Below are positions 13,901 through 25,828 of a stretch of DNA of 64,000 nt, one piece after another (position 1 is the first letter of the stretch; the number at the start of each line of letters is the position of its first letter). A program made the translations under genes and the position numbers. The notes beneath the pieces were generated by a model. That model was not told where the DNA came from and ran no database searches. It saw only the letters and a program-made list of their open reading frames with translations. The DNA comes from Diadema antillarum (taxonomy: Eukaryota): positions 1,240,001 through 1,304,000 of the forward strand of contig NW_027270896.1 of the NCBI RefSeq assembly GCF_040938485.1. Direction: 5' to 3'.

Positions 13901-16900
13901 TTCATGTCACGAAAAAGGCTGCCGGTTCCAATTCGCGAAAAATTCATGCCGCGAATATACCATGTTTTACAGTAGTTAACTACACCTCCTAGTTGCTTTG
14001 TGGGACTCCAACTTACCGAATCACGATCGCCGCTGGCCATCATGAGTGCTTTCACACGTTCCCTGATGGTGTCATCATGTGTATCACACGGTGCAGCGCC
14101 ACCCTGGGACAGAATCAGTGCCAGGGACTCCTTGAAGGCCTTCAGTTCATTCCTGGCCACCTGGGCATCAAACTGTGTGCTCTTGTAGTCCTGTGACAGC
14201 GCTGCCAGGCGAGCCTCCCGCTCCTCGAATTCCTGCCGCCTGGACGAAAGGGCATTCTTGTGCGCCTCCATGCGCTCCTTCAGTGCCTTGTTCTCACTGA
14301 ACAGACGATCACGCTCTCTGTACGCTACGTCCCGCTCCTAGGCATTCCAAAATTGACAACAGCGAGAAGGTTCAGTAGATATTCATGACTTACATAAAAT
14401 AAGAGATTCAGGCTTCTACCAACCTTTAGTGATTTGCTGGCTAGTTTATATAAAGTGCTACTTCAAACTGTACACCAGTCTGTTTTCTTTAATATCTACA
14501 AATCCATATAACATAAATACACTCATGAACTAGAGTACAACAGTATACAATTATATCAAATGTGATCTTTTCTAACTTTTTTTTTTAAAAGCAAGACACG
14601 ACAGAGACACACACTGCAGTAAAAAAAGGTTCACAAGAAGAAATAAGTGGCCAATTTGCTATCACAGTCTTACCAGCTTCATCTTCTCCACCGATGTGGC
14701 ATTGGCCAGGTATGTCTTCTGCTCCCTTTCTATTTCGCCGACCAGCCGCTGAATGGTCTCCCGGCTAGCCTTGGACTCCAGCTCGCTGCTGTTGAGGGTC
14801 TCGGTCAGGGCAGACAGTTTTCCTCGCAGCATCAAGTTTTCCTGGCCAAGTTCTTTCATCTGTACAGGTGTGCAGTAAAAAAAAGATTTAATGGTCAGTT
14901 TGCTTGCTCCTACTATGTGAAGATAGGAACTTGTACAATTGACACCAAAAAAGGAGACACAGTCTATGGTATGTAAGATAGAATGCACCAATGTAAAAGC
15001 TAAATCCCCACTTTATCTGTACATTGCACTGAACATTGTACAGTAGTACATAACAAGTAAGATATAATTATGAAGTGAGGCATAGCAGCTCTAATCTTGC
15101 AAATTTTGTATAATCTTATCATGTCATGTGTAACATGCACAAAGGCCTTGTGTATGGCAAGAAATAAAGCACAACATATTCATTGTATGTATGACTATAT
15201 TATGTATGTATGTATTTCTAATATAAGTACAAAAAAAAATTAGGTGATATCCTTTTCATTTACCTATACATCAAGCATTCATTTGCTGTTAACCTCCCAC
15301 CATCATCATTACAAGAGAAGATATAGTATACATTTTCATGACCTTTTTACCCAGTAATAATCATTTTTCAACCTTATTAGAGGATATTTTGAAAACGAAA
15401 TGTTTATGAGGCCTGGCATTTCCTCATCAATGTCACTCAGACAGCGATAACTCATTACCATATCCTCTAAGGGAGGGGGGAGTTAGAAGTGGACTTGACA
15501 GATCACAAACCTTTTCGAGAATGAGATCCGGAGAATCATCTTCCAGCTTCATGATGTCCCTGAGCTGCAGGAAGACCTGGTCAAAGCGTCGCAGACGCAT
15601 CCCGGACTTCTGCTCCAACTCCTCCCTCTCCATGGTGAGGTCACGGATGCGGGCCTCCAGCTCCAGGATGCGCTCCTGCTGCTCCTTGGACTCCTTCTGG
15701 AGGGCGGTGATGGCATACTCCCCTCGGGCGTGGACCCCCTCCAGCACCCCGCTCTGATTCTCCAGGTCGGCGATGCGGCCCTGCAGGGACTGGACAAGGA
15801 CCAGGTGCCCGGCTGCCTCACTCTTGTACTGCTCCGACTGAGCGGCTAGCTCCTTCACCTGCAAGTCGCGGGCGGCAACCTTGGCGTGGCTCTCAGCAAG
15901 CTGTGTGTGTGGTTGAGGAGATCACAATTATGAAAGATTACCCCTGCCATTCCTCCATCTCTTTCTCAACTTCTTCACTTCTTCCTCTTTTACTTCATCT
16001 GTACATAGCTCTCTACATCTGTCTCTCTTCCTTTTTTCTTTCTCTCCATGAGCATCTGAGTGCATATCTGTCCATAAATAACAGGACCTCTCTATCTCTA
16101 ACATGTTGAGACTATGTGGAAGGAAATAAACACAAGCTAACATTTTCCATATTACCTAGTTTCAATCGCATATACAATGCATGCAAAAGTAACATCTGAA
16201 GCATATCGTCGACATATCAGTGTCGAGATAATTCTATCCATCAGTTAGACTATTTAATATATTCAATCAAATTCTGACAGAAGGTTGCATCAAAATATGC
16301 CAAATTTGCTCAATCTATACAGCTTCTCTGAAAAGAGTCAAATAACATGTTGTCATTTCAATTTTCTACTTCCTTTAGAAGTTTCAACTTTATCTCACAC
16401 TCTCTCAAAACAAGAATAATCACTATGTCAGACTAAAATACAATAATACTCCTTGCTTATATGGAAAATCATTATGAGGTAATCTATGCATAAGTTGGCA
16501 CTGTGAAGTTTTCAAAAAAATTAACCATCCACATTAAGCTAAACTAAGCTATTTTTGATCAAGATTTCCCTACAACCTCTTACAAATGGAGTCTAAAACG
16601 TACTCAGTCATTTGAATTATCTGTTTACACACATACCTCGGTTTCGAGTTGTTCATTTTTGAGGACCACAAGAGCAAGGTCCCTCTTGGATGCTGCATCA
16701 CTTTGCAGCTTGAGTTGTGTGAGTTTGGCGGACAGTGCTGCATCTGTGTGCAGACGAGAAGGCTGCATAGAGAATGAAGGAGATGAGTAGAAGTTAGCAA
16801 AGCAACAACAACAAAGAAAAAACAAACAAGCAAACTATGGAATGGTGATATCTATGTCAGAGTTGACTTACATGCTATAGAACAAAAAGAGCATGAAATG

Positions 16901-19167
16901 GCATTACTCATCAGTCGTGGTCATCTACAGGTACATATCAGACTGACTCTGTGCTTGCATTCAAACATAAACATTATGTTCAAATATATGAAATTCTTCC
17001 GTCAAGTTGTTTTCATTGCAACTGATTAACAGACTGCCCTACATAGATGTAAATCAGTTGCAAACATTATGTTTCTCTTTATTCTCCATCAGGAATACAG
17101 TTCAACACACAGCCAAATGTATCTATAAGTGAAGACAGACAACAATTACCTTACAATTTACAATGTACAGTAAAGGTATAGCAAGATATAGCTCTTAAAA
17201 TAATCCAATCTTACCTTTTCCTCAAAAGCCACATGCTTTCGGTGCAATAAGATGTCACCCCTAGAAATAAAGCCAAAAAAGGAGTAATAGTTAGCATCAT
17301 TTATTTCCCTCTCTGACATGACTACTGGTGGGATAATGTTTCTATAAATATAGCACTCATAAAATTCCTTGTAGCAGATTTGTTGTTGCCCAAGCACTGT
17401 CATGATAAATTGTCTTTAGCTTGTATAAACAGCAAACATAATAGTTCAGTTTTTTTAACATCACTGTTTACATGATGGTCACATACCTTCAGAAAATATA
17501 CACAGTATCTTTGAGTTTGCAGAATATAATTATGGTTTTAATGTGAATTTATTGTTTCATTTTAAAGGCTATACAGCATGTATGGTAGAATAATTCACAA
17601 GGGTGAACCATATATAAGGTCTGTTAATGAGAAAGAAAAAAAAATCAGCCTGAATGTAAAAGCGTGCTAAACATGAAAATGCCACTTTTACCATGATTCA
17701 CATAAATGAGATATATGATAAAATAATGTTGTTGCTAGATATTAAGATCAGTGTTTTCAACTGTTGCACACCTTATTGTGTCACCTGTCATTACTTCGCC
17801 TGCAGTTGGCAGGGCGCTAAATTCATGGATTATGAGGAATATACAGTATACAACTGTATATAATCAAGGAGTACGTCAAGATGTATAAAGCGATACTTTA
17901 CCTTGATAAGTCCTGAATGAGTTTGTCCTTCTTCTCACTGTCTGCTTTGTACAGTTTCACCTGCTCTTGCAACTGGAATACAACAGGGAGAAAAAGTTAT
18001 TTTGACATTATAACTGGTTTCAAGTCCATCACATGGAATGTAATAAAAACCAAACAAAATATAAACAAATTATTGTACGAACAATCATGGCAAATTTTTT
18101 GAGGTTATATACAAATGTGTGTAAAGAAATACAGATTTAATATTGAATTCAGCAGAGCAGAGAAAACCTTGCCCCAAATTGAGAGGCTGCCTGGCCCAAT
18201 CAAGATTTCAAACATCTTTAGCAATAATAAATAATTTTCCCAAGATGTATTCCTTGACTTCTGAAAATATACATTACAGATAATAGGATGCCCACTCTTC
18301 ACACAGATTGCAAAGACACCAACCACAAAACCCCTTATTCAACTTCAAACAATACATGTACATCAATCAATTTCTATCCCTGGATGTACTCTTGACCTTG
18401 GATAAAAAACAAACAAACATTCCTTTGCAAAGTTAATTTCCATTTAACAAATATGTCTACAATGTACAAGATTATATGGATGTAAATCTGGTGCAGTTGT
18501 GGTTAGTGTAACACATACTGTGTGAAGTGCACTTGCAGCAAATTTGTATTTTCTATGATTCGAGCAGAGATTATGCTCAACATCATTTGATGTGTTTTCA
18601 CAATCATTTTAAAAGCATAATGTGCCAGACATTAATTACTACATATGCTTTGTACTCATATTGTGGCATTTTGCGAGTTGGTCCAGAAGAACACTATTTA
18701 AAATAGAAATGTTTTCAGTGATATACGAAGACACGTGACATGAAATACCTCTTCATGATTTTATTCGTCTATCCATTCTATCTATCTGCATCAGTGCATG
18801 TACACATGTATCTATCTCTCTAGTGTCTATCTGCCACACATAATAATCAATTCCTGACGGTAAAACTCCGTCCTTGTTTGTTGTTTATTTCCGTGACGAA
18901 AACACGGAATTGCATAATTTTCCATTGAAATTACTGCAGAGTAGAGCTACTTACATCTTGTACGAGTTTCCTGGACTGTAACGGGCTGGCAAAGGGTGAG
19001 ATACCAGTACCGGCAGTGGGTGGCGATGCAGCAGGTGCCGACCGATTGTGAACTAATCGCTGAATTTCATCGTCTAAAAGTCGTAATTCTGATCCTCTGC
19101 TTAGTCCCGTAGCCGATAATCGGGGAAGACCGTCTTCAAAACGATCCCTGCTATAGTAGGATGCCAT
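10947..19167 (-). CDS. CCDC170: Coiled-coil domain-containing protein 170, about 832 aa
   Basis: Ten GT-AG exons in consistent phase: 18955-19167, 17902-17972, 17215-17260, 16637-16762, 15511-15900, 14674-14859, 14017-14337, 13055-13255, 11840-12256, 10947-11474. Recognisable CCDC170 motifs: ELESKASRETIQRL, LESKDLHLDLMRKKIASLEE, QLADFRQVIARMLG...PDYEIIARLEKL. Confidence 0.9.
13763..13974. mobile_element. Tc1/mariner-pogo-type MITE with TA target duplication, in a CCDC170 intron
   Basis: TA|CTGTAAAAC ... GTTTTACAG|TA with internal TTCGCGAA repeats. Related to the element at 39166-39378. Confidence 0.75.
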
Positions 19168-19355
19168 ATTTGCAACGTCTTAATGTAGAGAAATAATTTT
19201 ATCTGATTTCGTGTTTGATCAATACATGCAAAGAACTGCAGAATACATCAGGAATGCGCATATGCAATCGTACATCCCAAGGAAGCGAGCTCGCTGCGTG
19301 GTAAACACTCACAGTACATGCAGCATTGATGGTGGAAGGTGTACACAATACAACC

Positions 19356-19368
19356 TTTGCTAGGCAAC
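19356..19368 (-). promoter_or_regulatory. RFX X-box in the CCDC170 promoter
   Basis: Minus strand GTTGCCTAGCAAA, one mismatch from GTTGCCTAGCAAC. It lies about 45 nt upstream of a GTGAGT donor (19312) that can splice to the acceptor at 19179, 11 nt before the ATG. Confidence 0.6.
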
Positions 19369-21845
19369 AGTGAAACACTGCACCGACGGTGGTGTATGCA
19401 GTAACCAAGTACCGTGGGGGAGCACAGGGCACAGTGTGATGAGTGATCTGAGACGAGTGGTGGTAGCTTCATTCACATATACACACGTTACAGCTATCTA
19501 TTAAGCGCTTAATTGAGGAGATTAATTAGTTAATATCTTCATAAGCGTGGAATTTTCGTATGCGTTTTTCCAATAGTGCGTCGCGATTGTTCTGTAAAAC
19601 CAATTTGAGACAAAGTGATGAGAATACTAATTGACATTCCCACACTTATTTAAATTATGGACTGAGTATATAAGTGAATTCAAACCTGAATACAGTATAT
19701 AGAAGCTGTCTCTTCTACGTTTTCCGAAGAAACATTTATTGCTGAAATAAAACCATGAATGGTTGATTTGAATGTCAAGACCTATTATGTATATGATTTA
19801 CTATATTCTCTGCTTTTCTTCGAAAACCAAACGAAATGTCCCTCTGAACAACTGTCAAAGTTCTCTGCAATAATAATCTGCACACTGCACCAGTATTATT
19901 CACTTTCCACACACCGCAACTTATTATGTGACATTTATTTACTTAATCTTGTTCACCAAACACATCGTAATTTGGGCACTTTTTGCCAACTACTGCTTCA
20001 AGCAATTGCTTGTGATAGTCTCGCCCTCTCCATCAATCAGATTGTACAATACATGTGTTACTAGTATGTTTCTTCAAACAAGGCTTTGGGTTTATCGAAT
20101 ATACACTGTTATATAGTTGTTTATCATTAGATAACTTTGTCATTTCTATTATACATTCTAACTTTTATTATGAAATTATCATAACTATTACTATAGCCTA
20201 CTGGTACTATTGATAATGTTGGTAATAGTAATGATAATGATAATGATAATCATCGATCATCATCACCATCATTATTATAATGATAATAGTTACTTAGCGC
20301 TTTACAAGTCAAGTAGAAAAGTATCTGCAAACAAAAAACAAAAACAAACAAACGCGAAACTGAGAAAGATTGTCTTAACTTAGAAAAAAAAATCCACGTG
20401 AAAAGCATTCGTGAGATTTCCCCCTAAGCATAGGACGTAAGTGCCATGTGAAGTGCGTTTGAACACTATGCAGTCAATTATTACAATACATCAAATCGGA
20501 CATTTCTTGACTTTGGGGGAAGGAATGAAATACCCTCCTCCTGGAAGAATTGAACAAATCTAGATATGGTCGATACATTTTGAGTATTAGATTCAAGAAG
20601 TAATGTGCCATAAGAGCAATTTGATGTCAGTGAAATACAAAACATGATTATGATAAGCAGCGTCAAGGATTATAGACAGTATCGTGGTGTTGTATTTCAG
20701 TTGGTCTTTTTTTTTTCATAATCAGCATGGTAGGTGAATAATCGACGTTCAAATTGTTGTGACTTTCTCGATGATACAGTTGATGAAATTTTGCACATAT
20801 TGTTTAGTCAAAGTGATCATTCGCCTTTTATTTCATTTCATTTATCCGTCACTTCACCTTTTATTTTTTCACTTGTTTACTCCATTCCACACGTTGCTAC
20901 TTTGTTGGTATAGTTCCTTTCCTTTCACTTCCCCCGCCTTCAAGTCGGATAAAAGAAGTAACGGGAACTGCGCCATCAAGTGGCAGAGAAGAATACTAAA
21001 GTAAGTCACCTCTTGACAAGTTGCGCTAAGATGGTGAGCTGTTATAGTTTTATGAGGTAGGAAGTGATAGTGCGGTGAATTTGGATGTAATTCACGTTCT
21101 GTAATATATGGAAACTGTGTATATCCCTTGATTCTTGACATCGACATTAACATAACTCTTTTGTTTTCCACTCATGGTTAATATTTCAAGAACAATTTGA
21201 TGCTCTGAAGTTACAGGTAGTCCTTGGAGCTTTCTCAGCATCTATCTATAAAGCTTTCTTCAAATTTGGAGTCCACTGATCAAGTGATAAATGATATTCC
21301 AATTAATTTCAAAGTAATGTCTTAAAGTTCCCTTGACGATATGACGGTCATCAATTTAGTCAAATTTCTTTAAACAATCATTTATGTGGTCATTCGATTG
21401 AAATTTCGTGGGTTATCTTTGTGAAGGTAATATGCGGAGCGATGAGTATGATGAATAACGAGAGTCTGATTTGACGGTAAATGCGAAGTCAAAGAAAAGG
21501 AGTTTTGAACATTCTGATATATAATTATTTATATGTAAACTCTTTAAGACTGTCTGGCACGTCGTCATGGGTATAAATCACTCAGTTTGATAATCAGGTA
21601 AGGTTAGTTTCGTGTTGTGCCAATATAGCGCTTTGAGCAGGGAATAAGAAACCCCTAAGTAAGACTGGATTAAGCATATTATTGGTATACTGCTGAGAAG
21701 GTAGATCATTTCATCGCTCATAATGAGACCAACGGAAAATCTGTCGGAATCTTCACAAAACTGTGCTGAAAACCTTGGGAAACTAGATGTAAGGTGCCGT
21801 TATTGTTGTCTGATAAAGTGCTACGAAACACTTCAATTTATGACC

Positions 21846-21859
21846 GGTGTCATAGCAAC
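21846..21859 (+). promoter_or_regulatory. X-box-like site ahead of a putative non-coding first exon on the + strand
   Basis: GGTGTCATAGCAAC (12/14 match to GTTGCCATAGCAAC), followed by tandem GTGAGT donors at 21941 and 21950. Confidence 0.4.
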
Positions 21860-24800
21860 GAAACGCTCTTTCCGTGGTTACCGTTGAACCCTGACACTAG
21901 AAAGTCAAGCTCGCTCATACTTCACTCCGTCGAGACGGAGGTGAGTAAGGTGAGTTTTGGTTCCAACGCTATCGAATGACGAAACACGGTTATGTATGAT
22001 TATAGGAAAGAGAAGAGCCATGTATCTGCATGATGATCTCAAAGAAAGTCGTTTGCGTTGTGCCGGTTTGGGCATAGTAACCATCCAATCAATGTGAACT
22101 GAATTTAAGCGAGGAAACGGAACAAATCTTCGGGGAACATCGTTAAACAAAAAATCACGACAAATCCGGCTGGCGGGCTCTCGGTCAGTCGGAGAACGTG
22201 CATGGTGAAAAATCAGATCACTGATTGACGTCACGGATGTACCACTTCTGAGCTTCAGGAGTACATTGTACAGTATGGTACAAGGACAGCCAAGAAGACG
22301 CGCAGTTAGTGAGGAGCACACGGTACGTCTTGATCACAAAACGAGGACGGTTGGAGGTTGCTAGTAAGTTTCGATGTCAAGATATTAATATGTCTTAATT
22401 TCCCATTGCAAGCTTACAAGAATATACTGTGCCATTTACCAAGAGATTTGGAAATACAGAGAGAAAGAGGGAGAAGGGAGTGGAGAGAGAGATGGAGGGA
22501 GAGAGATGATAAGACTCGTTTCTTTCAACCAGAAATAATATCGCGTTGAAATCATGACGTTCGATTGTTAACATATCTATACATGCTATACATGCTCCGT
22601 GAGAAAGGAAAACGCGTTTTTTGTTTACAATTGCTACCCTTCTCACCTTTGCTTGGAGAATAATCCTTTATCCCCCACCGAACTCCACCCCACACGTTCT
22701 TATAGGTCATTGTATCGACAAATTCTTTCATTTTTTTTCCACCCCCTCGGCATTGAGACTGCTTTTATAGTCGTAATTCAACTGTTACTCACCGATCCGT
22801 CTCAGTGTTGAAGATGCTCACGAAGCCATGACGGAAGTAACAAAAGAGCTTAGTTAGATCTCCTTTCATTGTCCCTGTGGATCCTTTTTATCCGAGGATT
22901 GTCTGGGCAGAGTCCTTCGTTACTATAATGGCCTAACACGCGCGTTGTGCAAACGAATAGTAAACTTATATTAAACGCACGGGCTCGATGGACTAACCAA
23001 CTACTAAGAGGCTGTGAGACAGGAAAAGTAATCATGTGAGTTTTGTTGTGTTTATGTTGCATTGTTGGGTCAAGCCGGACATTATTTTATTCGTCTTCCG
23101 ATCAAGCCACTCTGCGAGATCACCACGCTCGACACCTGCTTTCTGAGATGTAACCGGTCAGTGTTGATACTTGAAGCCGAATGGAGAAGGCTGCATGGTT
23201 GTTTGATATAATCTTTTGTGGAAACGTGGAGTGATATTCATCAGATAGCTGTAGGGATCTGGGAAGCTGCGTTACAGATCATTGGACTGAATGTTTATTT
23301 TAATCAACACATCTATGACGGGTGAGCAAGAGTAGAATTACAAGAATGATATAACAAGGCAAACATACATAGTATATGTCAAATTTGTCATGCACAGTGT
23401 TCGTCTTGGTGAGTTTGACAAGAACCTTGCTTGCGGAGTTGATCAGTAGATATCTGGGTAGGCCTATTTTGTTTTGTATTTTGTCGGCTGGTAATTTATT
23501 AATTTATCTTAGGTTATAAACGAAGTTTTATTTTCAAATCTTTTTGGTGTAAGTTGTTCTAACTGCATGGTTTCCTCCTGGCAATGCCATTTTCATTACG
23601 GCGAATCGCACAAAAGACTGTGACATTAATTCAAAACGATGAAAAAAAAAATCTCTCAAACTATATGCAGTGGCAAATAATGAATAATACAAAGGGTGTA
23701 ACGACACGTATTCATGCTGAAATTCAAGGATAAACAACTGGAATTGAAAACGTTTTCAAATGCCTCCGTTAGAATAACTGAGACACGATAAAAGTGTCAT
23801 CATCAGTAGGTCCTACTGCGTATACTGCTGGATGGAGGCAAGTATTGATACAGGTTGCATTCTAATCTTTCCGATAGGGAGTAAGCCGTTTAGTAACCAA
23901 CCAGGAGGAATGTAATTAAACGAGATGCACTTAATGGACAGGCGAATATTAATTAGACGTTGATGACGCAGAGACAGATGGAAATCCGTTTCCATCTCAC
24001 TAAAACAAATCCACTCATTATGTTCAGTGAACAGTACCAACGATTTGAGACGATGTCTGTGAACTGTTGGGATGAATACGAGGTTAATCGAACTTTTTGT
24101 TTTTTATTTGCACGTGTGCTTTTATTCTAAATTAAGACTGACCATCACTGTGACCATGGGGAAAAAAAACCCAAAACAATCATGGACGCACAGTCTGCTC
24201 TGTCCACCACGTCACAGTATCTACTATAGTCTGAACTTCCAACCGATCTCGTATTTGGTAATATAGGTAAAATCAGCTTTGGTTTTTTGTTTCTTCCTCA
24301 ACACAACTGTTCCATTCCAAGTGGTTTTGATGTGCGGATGTGTTATTTCAGCAGGTATTTTACCACTCCCCCTTTTAGAACGATTATGTTTAAATGGTTT
24401 TCCTGGTCGATTAGTAAAAAAAAATGAAAGTCATTTTTTTCAGATATGCGTATGTTCTGCATTTGATACGAACGGGGTAGAAAAATGTCTGCACACAACA
24501 CCTTTAACACGTACAAGAACAGAGACAAACGTACGACGGACCAATTCAATGTATGACATAATGTAATTATTACAAGGGACCCTATCGTACTCATTTCTCT
24601 CGCTTATGATCGGAAATAGAGCGAGTGTATTTCCTTTTCCCTGTTGCTCTGTGCACACTTCAATCATTATAGATGATAATGATACAGTGGATGACATGGT
24701 GATCCCATCACAGAGTTGGTGGTCATGATACCAGGCTGTGATCATCGCCACCACCTTTCTGATTAATTCTCAGACAGTTTTGTCGACGTAATTACTGGGC

Positions 24801-24899
24801 GTGATATAATAATACCTTCTTCTCTTTTGTTTTGTCTTTTATCTTTGCTTTGTCTTCACTTCATTTTAGCGCTATCTCCTCTTCACTCACAGTCTCTTG

Positions 24900-25305
24900 T
24901 TAAAGGGATGGTAGAGTATTGGTGGAGACATGAGAATTAGGCTTTTATCTTTTTTTTTTGTGTGAGATACCGAGAAAACACTTATGAAATAGTACAGAGC
25001 GTACCATCTTAGGAAGAATTCAAAGTTTATTTGACGAAAATCGGGTTTGCAATGACTGAAACATCCAAAACAAAGTAAAACAAAGCGATCGTAACAAAAG
25101 GTGATGGGTCCCACATTATAATATTAGGATCGATATAGTTTTGGATATCTCAGCCATTTCAAAACCAATTTTCATCAAATAAACGTTAAATTCCTTATGG
25201 AATTACATGCTCTTTCATATTTCATGAGAGGTTTCTCATTATCTCACCAAAATATGTTAGAAACCTGAAGTATAGGTCTCAACCAAATCTATACGATCCC
25301 TTTAA
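24900..25305. mobile_element. Kolobok-like non-autonomous element, full length
   Basis: TTAA|AGGGAT ... ATCCCT|TTAA. Reverse-orientation homologue of 28663-29069. Confidence 0.75.
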
Positions 25306-25828
25306 GCTAATTCGTATCCCCTTCCTGTCATACTTTATTTATACCCTGCGATTGTTTGGGCGTAAGAGAATGAGTGTGATTAACTTGCATTCTTCTTGAG
25401 CAAAAATTATCTTAATGATAACACTATAACATTCATAAGTGGTGTGTTCAAACATTAGGTCACATGGTGTCTCTTTTATACAGCGTCGCATACCGATTAG
25501 TATAAGCTCACTCGGTGTTTGTTCATGAGTTATTATGACCTGCTATTTGTGTACTTATCCTTTGGAACCGATTTCTATAATATACCCCAATTCCAGGTGG
25601 CGTAGTTCGAAGGATGTAGAAAGCATGTCAACACCAGGACAAGGGGAGAACCTTGTATGCAGTGGGTTCCATTCTGAGAAAAGAACCCCAAGCAGTCGCT
25701 TGTCCTAGAGAAGCCATGGTAGATATGAATGATGATGCCAGGATGTTGCAGAGTGTTGAAAATTGGAAGAATCTCCCATCTTCGATTTGATTTGGAGGTC
25801 CTGACCAGACAGAGCCCAGCAAAGGAAA

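Noticed and set aside
11206-15757. Plus-strand ORFs of 60-144 aa opposite CCDC170 exons (similar ones overlap K2P and SELENON exons)
   Set aside because: Antisense or alternate-frame shadows of GC-rich coding exons.
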